A stretch of 64,000 bases of DNA from Eledone cirrhosa (Eukaryota): the NCBI GenBank assembly GCA_964016885.1, contig CAXHJY010001444.1, positions 62,001 through 126,000 of the forward strand, given 5' to 3'. Shown here in pieces: positions 13,482-25,810 of the stretch. Every line of letters begins with the position of its first letter. Position 1 is the stretch's first letter. The position numbers and the translations under genes are program-made. The notes under the pieces were generated by a model. It saw nothing but the letters and a program-made list of their open reading frames with translations, had not been told where the DNA came from and ran no database searches.

Positions 13482-13597
13482 TCGAAAAAAAAAAGCGCAC
13501 CTGGTATATATAATATGGATCTTTATAACAGGTACAACAATTTTTTTGTACATGTTATAAAGATCCTTTATATATATACCAGGTGCGCTTTTCGATA
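13482..13597. repeat. Imperfect hairpin, arms about 50 bp
   Basis: aaaagcgcacctggtatatataa..ggatctttataaca / tgttataaagatcc..ttatatatataccaggtgcgctttt. Confidence 0.8.
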
Positions 13598-13742
13598 ACG
13601 TAATCTGTATAAAACGTTTTCTAACGTCCACAGGTTTATATAAATATATATATATATATATTTATATATTATGGAATACTGTTGGCTTTTTGCTACAATG
13701 TCTTCTATACCTTTCATTTATATATATTTATATATATATATA

Positions 13743-15584
13743 TATCATCATCATCAACGTTTTACGTCCGTTCTTCCATGCTAGCATGGGTTAGATGGGT
13801 TGTCCTGTTGTGGGCAGTGTCTGGTCGGCTTGCTCATATAGTGACCATGCCTTGCTCATATAGGGACTGATTTTGGCTTGATTTCTACAGCTGGATGCCC
13901 TTCCTAACACCAACCTCATTTACTGTGAGTGCTGGGTGCTTTTTCCGTGGCGCCTACACGTCCACTTTACAGTGTGGGCTGGGTGCTTTTTTGCCGTGGC
14001 ACCTCCACGACCACCTTGCAGTGGGAGGGTGTGTGGGGCATATTGTCTATATGCTTCAGCTTGTACCCATGGGAGGTCGGGTACTCTGTATTACTGCGTG
14101 ACGCCAGAGGTCACGGTCGTGTGTCATCGCCTTTGAGAGGTGTAATTGGGTAAGGTCGGCTTTTATCACCTCATCCCAGGTCTTCTTGGGTCTCCACACT
14201 CCGCGGTTTCCATCGACTTCTAGTGCTCTGCACCTTTTTATGCAGCTGTCATCCTTCATACGCATCACATGTCCATACCAACGCAACCGCCTCTCCTGCA
14301 CACAGCATTTGATTCCTCTTATGCTCAGTCTCTCTCTCAATTCATTTATGCTTTGTCGTTCGCATATATTACTATTACACATCCATCGGAGCATGCAGGC
14401 TTCGTTTCTTTCTAATCTACGTAAGTCTTCCACCTTCAGTGCCCAGGTCTCACTACCATGTAACATTGCTGTTCGGATACACGCATCATACAGTCTGCCT
14501 TTCATTTTGAGGGAGAAGCCTTTTGCAGCTAGCAGTGACAGTAGTTCCCTGAACTTCTTCCATCCCGTTTTTATCCTAGTTATTGTACTTTCTGTACACC
14601 CACCTCCGCTGCTAATTCGGTCACCTAGGTAGCAGAAGCTGTCTACTGTTTCTACAGAGCCCTCCCAGAGATTGGTGGTACTTGTTTCCTGTGGCTGCTT
14701 GCTCCTTGCTGTCCCAGCACAGCTTCTGCATGTGAAGCCTACATTCTTAGTTAAGCTTCCTGAGATACCGCTACATCTCTTGTGTACCCATTGTTTGCAT
14801 TTGGGGCAGATAATGGAGTTCCTACCTACACCTTTCCTACATACTGAGCAAGGCCATTTCCCTGAGGGGATCTGGGTTCTGTTTTCTCGTCTACTTACAA
14901 GGACCTTAGTCTTTGTCATGTTGACTTTGAGACCCTTTCTTTCTAGTCCCTGCTTCCAAGTTTGGAATTTCTTCTCTAGTTCTACCATAGATTCAGCTAT
15001 GTGCGAGGTCATCAGCATACAGGAGTTCCCATGGGCATCCGGTCTTAAACTCCTCCGTTATTGCCTGCAGGACTATGATGAACAGGAGAGGGCTAAGAAC
15101 AGAGCTCTGGTGCACACCAACCTGTACGCTAACTTCCTCGCTATACTCATTGCTAATCCTAACTTTGCTGACTGCTCCCCTATACATGGCTTGTACAGCT
15201 TTCACAAGCCATTCATCTACTCCTAGTTTTCTAAGAGCCCACCAGATTACAGCACGTGGAATTCTGTCAAAGGCTTTCTCGAGATCGACGAATGCCAGGT
15301 AGAGTGGCTTACTTTTAGCTAGGTAGTTTTCCTGTAACTGCCTCACAAGGAAGAGGGCATCAGTGGTGCCTCTTCCTGTATCTCATCTAGTTTCACACGG
15401 TCCCTAATAACTCTTTCTGTTACTTTCATGTTACTTTCATGACCTGGTCCATCAGCTTTATACCTCTATAGTTTCCTCTATCTAGGTCATTACCTTTACC
15501 TTTGTAGCAGTTGACAATGATTCTACTGCACCAATCTTTTGGTATGACACCTTCTAGTATTACCTGGTTAACAATACGTGTGGT

Positions 15585-15590
<6 letters not shown>
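13743..15590 (-). mobile_element. RTE-clade LINE, 5'-truncated and frameshifted
   Basis: NYRGIKL, FVDLEKAFD, GVHQSSVLSPLLF, LLYADDL, FCYLG, LHGSETW, RLRWYGHVMR. Has a (GAT)n 3' tail and (TA)n on both sides. A 2-bp deletion near 15000 is seen relative to the copy at 61495. Confidence 0.92.
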
Positions 15591-15625
<35 letters not shown>

Positions 15626-15779
15626 TCATTTACCTGTTCCAGCCATCCGACTGAGGCCATGCTGGGGCACCACCCTTGGAGTATTACATGAGGTTCTATA
15701 TAATTAGAATTTTATTTCTCGTCCTAGCACAGGTGATACATAAATGTACGTATGCACACGTACATACACACACACACAC

Positions 15780-15816
<37 letters not shown>

Positions 15817-15827
15817 TACACACACAC

Positions 15828-15858
<31 letters not shown>

Positions 15859-16452
15859 TACACACACACATATATATATATATAAAACATGAGAAGAAAG
15901 AATACTGCGTGGTTGCTCATGGGTTACATATGATAAAAATAGTCCTTCGTCAGTGATTTTCCAACCTTCATTGGTATTTCATCGCATTAAAAATCATATA
16001 CCTCTGGTTGGTGCGAGCAATAGCTAAATAAAGCTATTGGGAAAAGTAAATCGCGTAAAGCTAGTGAGACAAGTAAACAACATAGAAGGATGAAAGCAAC
16101 GCAAATATAGGAAAAAACAAGCAGCATGGATATCCGGTCATCATAAGCTGGGTGGATTTCATGAGCGAGCGTATTACAGACCATCCGACGTGAGTGAGAT
16201 GTGAGCAAGAAGAGAACCCACTACAAGCCAAACGGGAATAAGAGAGAAGGGGAGAAACAGAGAGTGAGTGAGTGGAAGTGCGAGGAAGAGGTCAGTCGAG
16301 AGAAAGTGTAACTGACAGAGGGGGCGAAAGAAGGTGAGAGAAACAGAGAGAGCGGGGAAGCAGTAAGAGAGAAACAGACAAACGCAGCCGAGGTAAATTA
16401 AATATATATAAAAAACATGAGAAGAAAGAATACTGCGTGGCTGCACATGGGT

Positions 16453-16500
<48 letters not shown>

Positions 16501-16675
16501 GTATATATTAAGTATAGGATTATCCTGGATGCAGTAATGGTTAATTACTACACTGGATAGAGTTGACGTACGGTGAGAGGTTACTCAACGAGTTATGGAA
16601 GAATAGTTGAAGAAACTCAGTTCCTGATCCTTCTGTATTCCGGAGTGTAATGAATTATACCTTGTTATCATTACC

Positions 16676-16754
<79 letters not shown>

Positions 16755-16975
16755 TTATACACACATTTATACATATAGATATGTATGCATGGGTTATATC
16801 AAACATTAATAATAATGTTCGATTCGTTTGTAAACATGTTGATTGTTCCTCAAAGCCAATGTTCAACAAAAGGGTGACGATCGATCACCGGCATGGCACT
16901 GCTTCAAATAAGGCCGTTTGTTTACAAACGAATTGAACATTATTGTTAATATTCGATATAACCCATACGTACAAA

Positions 16976-17014
<39 letters not shown>

Positions 17015-17089
17015 GCGTGTGCGTGTACGTGTGCAGGCTTACATTTATATATATATATATAAATGTAATCTGAGTTTTTCGAATATTAA

Positions 17090-17203
17090 TAATTGTTTCT
17101 ACTTTTGGCACAAGGCCAGCAATTATCCAGTGCATTACTGGTACTTTATTTTATCGACCCCGTAAGGATGAAAGGCAAAGTTAATCCCGGCGGGATTTGA
17201 ACT
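17090..17203 (-). mobile_element. SINE family A, partial
   Basis: Nin-like core and tail. Confidence 0.8.
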
Positions 17204-17226
17204 AGTCGATTCGTTTGCAATTATGT

Positions 17227-17264
<38 letters not shown>

Positions 17265-17902
17265 ACACACACACACATAGATATATATATATATATATGG
17301 TGGCTGCCAACTCATTTTCGAGTACGGCCACTACTTTATATCCATGTTGGAGAACCCCTACCGATGTGCTGAACGAGTGTGACTTTTTAGTCCAGCCAGC
17401 GACTTGAACACTCTGGTACAAACACTACACTCGTGACAATTATTGACACATAGTGCTGGGCCCATGGTACCATGTGACGACAAGTGCAGAGAGATCTCCA
17501 GATATAAAGCAATGCCTGTGCCGTGAAGCTTTTATAGTGAGCAAATGCACTGCACAAAGCCAGTCCCACTCTCTTAACCAAGATGATATTTACCAAAAAG
17601 AACAAGTCAACATCATTGGATACCATCAGAGTTGCTGGTGTTATATCAGAATTTTCCTTCTCCTAGAATTCTGCCTTGACAAAGGCTAAGGGGTCATCTC
17701 TCCCGGTGATTTGGATGGCCATTGACTCTTAAGAGCTCCTTTTCCCTTTGACAGATTTTGTTTTTAGTCCTGCAGGGTGTCCAAAGTCACCCTCCTCACC
17801 AAGAAACCTTGGTGGGGTTGCCAGTTTAGTCGCCAACGACCTGACCATGAGACAGGTTGTACTGGGATACATGTTACCAGTAGCACCATCTGGTGATCTG
17901 AC

Positions 17903-17933
<31 letters not shown>

Positions 17934-17963
17934 AGATCAAAAGATGGTTAAAGGAGTTCCATG

Positions 17964-18033
17964 TATTTTATTATGCGCATTTCAAAAACAAACATCATCA
18001 TGCAATAATATTTGTGTTTTCATCAGATAAAAC
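17964..18033 (-). ncRNA. Type I hammerhead ribozyme
   Basis: tgttttat CTGATGA aaacacaaat..gtttgttttt GAAA tgcgca TA ataaaata. Confidence 0.8.
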
Positions 18034-18129
18034 AGGAGAACATGATATGAAGGCTAAAAAACACTTGTGGATAGTGCAGTTTTAAATCAACATCCACAAG
18101 TGTTTTTTAGCCTTCATATCATGTTCTCC

Positions 18130-18200
18130 TGTTTTATCTGATGAAAACACAAATATTATTGCATGATGATGTTTGTTTTTGAAATGCGCATAATAAAATA
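18130..18200 (+). ncRNA. Type I hammerhead ribozyme
   Basis: Mirror copy of 17964-18033. Confidence 0.8.
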
Positions 18201-18499
18201 CATGGAACTCCTTTAACCATCTTTTGATCTTATATTATGTATACTCCAGTCCTACAAACTGTAGAGTGCTTCTTATCCGATATCTGCATTGCTTTATTGT
18301 ACTACAATAAAACTCACCTCCTACATATATATATATATATATATATCCAGTGAGTGTAATTTTTTTTATTATCATCATAAGGGATCCGCGGATTACAGTG
18401 TCGAGCTAGATCGATACAGATCGAACCTTGAGTTGATTAGTCGCCAAAATGCGCGTCACCAACCCAAAATAAACGTGATGAAAGTATAACCATTCGACT

Positions 18500-18535
<36 letters not shown>

Positions 18536-18644
18536 ATATGACAATATATAATAAAATAAGACGATATATATATATATATAAAAATACATATATATATATA
18601 TACGATATTAAATAAATGGAAACTATATTTATAAAACCATATTT

Positions 18645-18708
18645 ATTTCATTATATATATTTCAGGGATATCATATTAAAAATATGGTATGCCATCATCA
18701 GACAAAAT
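18645..18708 (-). ncRNA. Type I hammerhead ribozyme in the inverted pseudo-LTR
   Basis: attttgt CTGATGA tggcataccatatt..aatatgatatccct GAAA tatata TA atgaaat. Confidence 0.7.
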
Positions 18709-18961
18709 ACAATATAAACAGTCTCATAAATAGATAGATTTGACATACCTTACACTTCAACTTCCATTTAAAAAGTTGATTTCGTAGTGAAAAATGTTAG
18801 GGACAGTTATAGAGAAAAAAAAAAGAAAGAAAGAAAGAAAGCGAAGAAAAAGAAGAAATGCATGCAACGAAAAACAGAGAGAGATAGATATAGAGAGATA
18901 GATAGAGAGAAGAAATTCATGTAAAGAAAAAACAGAGAGATAGATAGAGAGAGAAAAACAG

Positions 18962-18992
<31 letters not shown>

Positions 18993-19205
18993 AAAGAGAG
19001 AGAGAAAGAAAAAATAGAGAGAGATAGATATAGATAGAGATAGAGAGAGAGAAAAATAGGTAGTTGGGCACCAGTTGAATGACGTATCAATGATATATTT
19101 ATTTATTTATTTATTTATTTAGTTCTAGTATTAAGGTAGAGAGAGATATATGTGGTTAGGAGAGAAAACAGCTGTTACATAGAGAATGAAATGAAATGAA
19201 ATGGA

Positions 19206-20581
19206 ATGAAATGTAATGAAATGCACATTATATTATCGGCTAGGAAAACATTGATAGAATTTAATAACCAACTATGGACCAGAGCAGATAGAGATAACAA
19301 TTTCGACATTACTATGGGATCATCCGACTCAGCTCAGGTAACGGACCTTGTGGGCCTATTTATAATCAATTCGCTGCATAGGAAAATACCCGGTGTTACC
19401 GGAGGATTATATAGAGATGACATGCTTTTACTTATTGAAAATAATAACTCTGAACTAAATAGAAAAAGAAAACAAATTACACAATTTTTTAATTACTTTA
19501 ATCTAAAAATAGAAATTGAGAATAACCATAGAATAGTCAATTTCCTAGATGTAACATTAAATCTCAACACATGGCTTCACTATCCATTTCACAAGTTGAA
19601 TGAAAACTTAAACTATGTCAGTTTTAACTCTAACCACCCCAGATCTGTTAAAAATACTATAGTGAACTCTGTTCAAAAACGTATCTCTAGAATCTCATCT
19701 AATAAAAAGATTTTCGACGAAAGCCCAGTATTACAATGAAGCGTTAGCTAGAGCAGGATATAGTGATAAAAATATGTACATAGATAATAATAGACAAACT
19801 AACCAAAATAACAACAATTTTAATTACGGCAACAACTTTAACAACTATAATAGAAAGCATTATAATAATTCCAAAAGCCAAAAAAGAAATAGAACTAGAA
19901 ATATAATATGGTTTGCCCCCCCCCCCTTTCTCACTAAACATTAAAACCCACATCGCTAAACTATTTTTTAATGCTCTTGATAATCGCTTCCCTAGAACAC
20001 ATAAGTATCACTCAATTTTCAATAGACATACTATAAAATTAACTTACTCATCCACCAAAAATTTAGCACAAAATATTAATAGAATAAATAATAGGAATTT
20101 AAAACCTAGCCAAAATACCGATAATAGCCTAAATAATATCCAAGTAAACAAATGCAACTGTAGAGATAGATCTAAATGTCCGTTAAATAACAATTGCTGA
20201 GTTAAAAATATAATATACAACTGTAATGTTAAAACGGACTTAAATTCTTTTAACTATGTTGGTTCCACCTCGACAGAATTTAAACTTCGCTATAATAACC
20301 ACAAGAATTCTTTCACAGATCCAAGCAAAAAATCTTCAACATCACTATCAGGCTTACTCTGGCAACTTAAGCATGATAACGTTGGATATTCGACGGCTTG
20401 GAATATAGTCTCAAGAGGGATTCCTTTTAATTCATCCTCTGAGACATGTGACCTCTGCGCGGAGGAGATATTCTTTATACTAAAATCTAAAAATTCCCTT
20501 AATTTACGGACAAATTTATTCAGTTGCTGCAGATATAGATTGAACTCAACTTTTAAATATAAATATAAATTTAAAATGTAG
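19206..20581 (+). pseudogene. PLE reverse transcriptase C-terminal half plus GIY-YIG endonuclease, with frameshifts and a stop
   Basis: FDITMGSSDSAQVTDLVG, LYRDDML, VNFLDVTLNL, SNHP, PPFS..IFNRHTIKLTYS, CNCR..CPL. After the TGA at 20198-20200 the frame stays open (IIY..YVGST..RYNNH..CDLCAEE) to TAG at 20579-20581. Confidence 0.9.
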
Positions 20582-21932
20582 TATATTTACTTATGATTTG
20601 TAATTATTTATGAAACTCGCCGATAAATCTTTCGATTTCTTTTTTTTAAACATTCTTCATGAATAATTAAACTACCCTAAAAGATGATGCTCCAAATATA
20701 TCGAATAAATTTTACACTAGATAAACTTCTATAATAAATATAAGACCATCTGTAGATCAAATGGGTATCCTAAACTTTTGGAATGATTTCTGCTAGACAG
20801 GATTTGGTGAATAATTTTGGTTTTGTTTGCTTTTGATTCTGATGCTTATAATGAACTTCGCAATATATTGTCAATTAAATTTGAAGGGTAGATTTCTGTG
20901 GTTGATTTGCGGGGCATACTGTGTTTTATTTTTAAATATTTTTAATATTTTTATTGATATATTGATATCTGTTGTCTATTTTATGCTTCAACGATAATCA
21001 TGTAGAGTAAAGACAAGAATATTATTGTTAAAATTAATGTAGGTTCTATATATATTTGTGTGTATGTACACATATATGTATACTAGAATTTTTATAGCAC
21101 AATGAGAATGTTTTCATGTGAAATAGGAATTTGCAGAGTTGATCACGTAAATTCACATGGATGTTTATAGTATCGAATCTGGGATAACCTATTTTCTTTT
21201 TCTTTTTTCATGAAAGTGCATATATACTTATGTATTTCAATTTTTTGAAGTTTTTTTTATCTCAGTTCTGATTATAAACCTAGGAATTTTAAACTAGACA
21301 TATGATCATTATTTTTCACACTTTATTGATACGTGTCTCATTCATGAATACTGATATTTACATTATAATACCTAATTCATACGAATTGATATTTTAGATT
21401 GATGAAACATAATGTTTTAAATCTGCCTCGTTTATCTCTGGATATTTTTCTTTTCTCTCTATGTAACGGCTGTTTTCTCTCCTAACCACATATATCTCTC
21501 TCTACCTTAATACTAGAACTAACTAAATAAATAAATAAATAAATATATCATTGATACGTCATTCAACTGGTGCCTAACTACCTATTTTTCTCTCTCTCTA
21601 TCTCTATCTATATCTATCTCTCTCTATTTTTTCTCTCTCTCTCTTTTCTCTCCCTCTCTCTCTATCTATCTATCTCCCTCTGTTTTTCTCTCTCTATCTA
21701 TCTCTCTGTTTTTTCTTTACATGAATTTCTTCTCTCTATCTATCTCTCTATATCTATCTCTTTCTGTTTTTCGTTGCATGCATTTCTTCTTTTTCTTCGC
21801 TTTCTTTCTTTCTTTCTTTTTTTTTTCTCTATAACTGTCCCTAACATTTTTCACTACCAAATCAACTTTTTAAATGGAAGTTGAAGTGTAAGGTATGTCA
21901 AATCTATCTATTTATGAGACTGTTTATATTGT

Positions 21933-21996
21933 ATTTTGTCTGATGATGGCATACCATATTTTTAATATGATATCCCTGAAATATATATAATGAAAT
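21933..21996 (+). ncRNA. Type I hammerhead ribozyme in the PLE 3' pseudo-LTR
   Basis: Same motif as 18645-18708, in sense orientation to the PLE ORF. Confidence 0.7.
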
Positions 21997-22123
21997 AAAT
22001 ATGGTTTTATAAATATAGTTTCCATTTATTTAATATCGTAAATATACTCCAAATACTTGTTGAGTGCTTTTATATCAGTTATAAATATTTACTCGTTGTA
22101 ACCCAACAATTTAAATAAAACTT

Positions 22124-22166
<43 letters not shown>

Positions 22167-22172
<6 letters not shown>

Positions 22173-22375
22173 GGAAAAAAATGAAACGAAATTTCATTTC
22201 CCACTCTTAGTACGGCTGTTACTTAAATATAAGTATGTACACGTACATACATATATTATACAGACGTACAGTAGTATGTACATATATATACATACATGCA
22301 CACATATATATATGTACATATATATATGTACTAAGAGTGGGAAATGAAATTTCGTTTCATTTTTTTCCGTTTATC
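22167..22375. repeat. Inverted repeat with 47-bp arms
   Basis: ataaacggaaaaaaatgaaacgaaatttcatttcccactcttagtac and its reverse complement at about 22328-22375. Confidence 0.9.
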
Positions 22376-22483
22376 GTTTTCGGTGACCCGGCCGATTAAC
22401 CGACTCGATATGCAAATTGGGCTACTCAGCCGTTAATATGCATAAGGTAAGTATATACGTTCAACAATCTGGCAGGAAGGTAT

Positions 22484-22526
22484 ACGTTGCTGACGATAGC
22501 TAATAATCTTGAAACTAGTACAGCGT
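22484..22526 (+). ncRNA. Hammerhead motif with weak stem II
   Basis: acgttg CTGACGA tagctaataatctt GAAA ctag TA cagcgt. Confidence 0.55.
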
Positions 22527-22725
22527 TCCTTTGTCAGTGTTGAACAAACGAGCAACGATGGTTGCTAGACACTACAGCTTAATACGGGATGTTTGTTTAC
22601 AAACACACCGAGCATTATAATAAATGTTCGGTGAATCCATACATACATATATGTGTGCATGTATGTATATATATATACATACTACTGTACGTCTGTATAC
22701 ATATATGTATGTACGTGTACATACT

Positions 22726-22764
<39 letters not shown>

Positions 22765-23029
22765 TCTAAAGGAGAACAATTTAGGAAACCGCGTGATCAC
22801 AAAGAGTGGCCAGTTCTCGTTTATTTCGGTAAAATCACGACTACAACCTATACATGGTTCCTAAGTCACGATGAAATATTCCATCGCCTACACCTTTTGT
22901 CTTCTGACACAAAATAATAATACTAATAATGATTTCTTTATAATAATAATAATAATAATAATAATTGTTTCTACGTTAGGCACAAGGCCAGCACATACCC
23001 AGTGTATTACTGGTAATAATAATAATGAT

Positions 23030-23600
23030 TTCTTTATTGGCCACAAGGGCTGACATCAAGAAAAACATTACTGACGGCACAGGACGGTACGATGTGGGTT
23101 TTGTGCGTGTAAATATTTTTATTATTTATATAAGAAAAGAAAAAAAAAGACATAGAAACATATATATATATATATACAATAAAAATGAAAATTGAAACAA
23201 TGAAAAATTCCCCAATAGGGGAGAAACCTCCGAGGGTTACTCGTGGCGAAAACCACACAAAAGACCACGGCCACCCTGACCACCAGGGCAAGCGCCCTCT
23301 CTCAATGTTTCCATCTCTCAAACTACAAGCGTATATTTAGAGCGGTCCCGTTCACTCGGACCATTCTCGCTACATTCACCCACCTTTCAACAAACTTGCT
23401 AGAGGGCAGCACTTGCCTCTCCACCCTGATTTTCCTCTTCAAGTGAAACTTGAAAAAGTTAATTAGGGATTCACCGAAGAGGAAAGTGTCTATCTTTAAC
23501 CCTTTCAACCTTGTCCACCACACAGATGAAAACCGCCTGCCCTTCCTCCTCGAAGGAAGACGGCAAGACCATCTGCACAATGGACTCAGTCGATAACCAT
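23030..23600 (-). mobile_element. Tx1-like LINE 3' fragment, same family as 8090-9290
   Basis: VWWTRLKGL..FFKFHLKRKIRVER..VARMVRV, with tail cttgtggccaataaagaaatc then (ATT)n. Confidence 0.65.
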
Positions 23601-24162
23601 AATAATAATAATGATTTTTTTATTGGCCACAAGGGCTGACATCAATAATAGTAAATTGTCTGCGTCTTGACAATAGGAGCCTACATTGTATTTATGCTTA
23701 CATCAACCAGAAGCAAACTTTTGACATCAACAATAACAATCTTCACCATCACCATCACCATCACCACCATCACCATCATCATCATCATTATTTGGTTTTC
23801 TGTTCATTTATTCTTTCGATATTGGCATTTTTACAATCGAATAGCTTCCCAATAGAATTGTTTACTGATTGCAATAACGGATGATGATGATTATGATGAT
23901 GATGATGATTAGGATGATGATGATGATGATTAGGATGATGATGATGGTGGTGGTGGTGGTAATGATGGTGGTGGTGGTGGTGGTGATGGTAGTGATGGTG
24001 ATGATGATGATGAGGAGGAGGAGGGCGAATGTACCACTGTTCGTAATAAACAACAACAAAGAAATGTGCCGTAGGTTATGAGGTAGCTAGAAGTGGCTGA
24101 ATGTTTAGAGCAAGTATTGGTCTTCTAACGGTCTACATGGTATTATTATTAAAATGTTAAGG

Positions 24163-24380
24163 GTGGTGGATTGGCAGTACCGGCAGAGAGTCGGACACCA
24201 TGCTTTGCACCATAGAGTTACGGTCCTTTACGGTCTGAGTTCAAATCCCGCCGCGGTTAACTTTGCCTTTCATCCTTACGGGGTCGATAAAACAAACACC
24301 AGTAACGAACTGCGGTCGACTTAATCGACTTTCCCCTCTCCGCAAATTACTGGCCTTGTGCCTATACAAGAAATCATTAT
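24163..24380 (+). mobile_element. SINE family A, full-length
   Basis: tggcagtaccggcag A-box, gagttcaaatcc B-box, Nin-like core. Confidence 0.85.
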
Positions 24381-25494
24381 TATTAAAATCTTAGAAAAAT
24401 GTAATAAAATAATCAACTGAGTAGAGTACCTTAGAAGAGCACACAATTTAGTAGAGTCAAAAAAAAAAAAAAGGAATAGAAAGGGAGCAGTTTAAATCAA
24501 GTTATGTTTTTACCTCATGCGAGGAGAGAGAATAGAGTTGTACTGCTCTTCATAATAGACAACAAAGAAATGTGTCGTAAGCTAAGGGACAGGTAGAAGT
24601 GGCCAAATGCCTAGAGCAAGTATTTTAGTAGAGACAAAAGAAAATGGTTGGCCTTGTGTCTCAAGCAGAAACATTTATCATTATTAATATGACAACAGCG
24701 ACAGCAAGTATAATGATATTAATAAAAGAAAAATGAAAGAATAGTAAAATATTGCTATATTTTTCTATGTTAAAACTGACCTATCCTAACGAGAAAGCCA
24801 TTAAAACCTGTCTTCAATGCCAGATAATATTTAGATATTAACATCACATTAGATGGGTAGTCTATGTATTACAAAACCTAATCAGTCTATATGTCAGAAG
24901 CAGTAGATATTTAATTATATATTTCCAGTCAGGATTTTGGTCTGTCGACGACAATATATCTTTGAATCCAATATGCCTAAAGAAAGAGACACACGAAGTG
25001 GGATGGCTGATGTAGCGTGTATGGCGGGCAGGACTCCGCGCCTATACTTTCGCTATATTGCCAATGGAAGTGCAACTTTGTTATACTATCCAATCAGGAG
25101 GATAGTGTTTATCCGCACCCCATCTCTCTTATTTCCTTTTTTCTTTTTTTTCTCTTTCTTTTCGTTATTATGATATTGTCAATGTATTTCGACAGGAATA
25201 AAGAACTTACCGGCCGTTTCCAAGACACTACCTGAACTGTCTCTGTAGCTTAACAACACACATGTGGATGCCACTTGATTGTGAAGATATAAGATGAAGA
25301 ATGTGAAAATGGGTGCACAGTTTATATAAATTGTTAGCTTGTAGCGATAAATTCATGTGATAAAGTAGGGACCTACTCCAATGCATTCCATTGTGCAAAC
25401 TCCGTCGATCTTTAGCGGCTAGGTACACCTGAGACTCTTTTACGGCAGATAAATGAATAATCTTACGAATATATTTTTAACCTCCGGCGGTTAC

Positions 25495-25810
25495 AACGAC
25501 GAAAGTTCCAGTTGTTCGATCAATGGAATACCTGTCCATGAAATTAATGTCCAAGTGACAGAGGCATTCCATATACACTTTTAATCCTGGACATTCTCGG
25601 CGAGATTCAGTGTAACAAACAGAGCGTGTGTCAAAGCTGGTTCATTGAATTATTGGTACAACTCATCTTTTCAAGCTGGGTGGAACATCATATAAATAAC
25701 AACTTATATATATAACGTGAAATATTGTCTTGCACAAGGATACAACGCACTGTAAAGAACTGAAATCCTGACATATCGAAAATCCTAACCACTAAACCAC
25801 GTGCCTTCAC
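25495..25810 (-). mobile_element. tRNA-derived SINE family B, degenerate
   Basis: Minus strand starts gtgaaggcacgtggtttagtggttagg..ccttgtgcaagaca. Related copies lie at about 31400-31706 and 44190-44340. Confidence 0.65.

Larger units (their letters stand above)
17925..18325. mobile_element. HHR-bearing cassette with an internal inverted duplication (arms about 17925-18071 and 18092-18238)
   Basis: Same family as 37335-37600, flanked by (TA)n. Confidence 0.85.
18601..22040 (+). mobile_element. Penelope-like element (Naiad-type) with an inverted 5' pseudo-LTR copy
   Basis: About 585-bp inverted repeats (18601-19186 and 21454-22040) bracket an RT-GIY-YIG remnant. Confidence 0.9.

Noticed and set aside
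15884-16457. 47-bp direct repeats with CTGACGA on the minus strand at 15947-15953
   Set aside because: No GAAA or matching stem I. Probably a decayed pseudo-LTR, not counted as an HHR.
20198-20200. In-frame TGA in a Naiad-type PLE as possible selenocysteine
   Set aside because: It follows the conserved Cys rather than replacing it. The related element has CGA at the equivalent codon (71-73), so CpG decay is simpler. No SECIS was recognised and the ORF has other lesions.
24163-24260. tRNA-like A/B boxes as tRNA genes
   Set aside because: They are SINE heads continuing into a shared core and tail, with no intact cloverleaf.
24937-25235. Short ORFs and CCAAT motifs as a host exon or promoter
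   Set aside because: No recognisable protein motif or supported splice structure.
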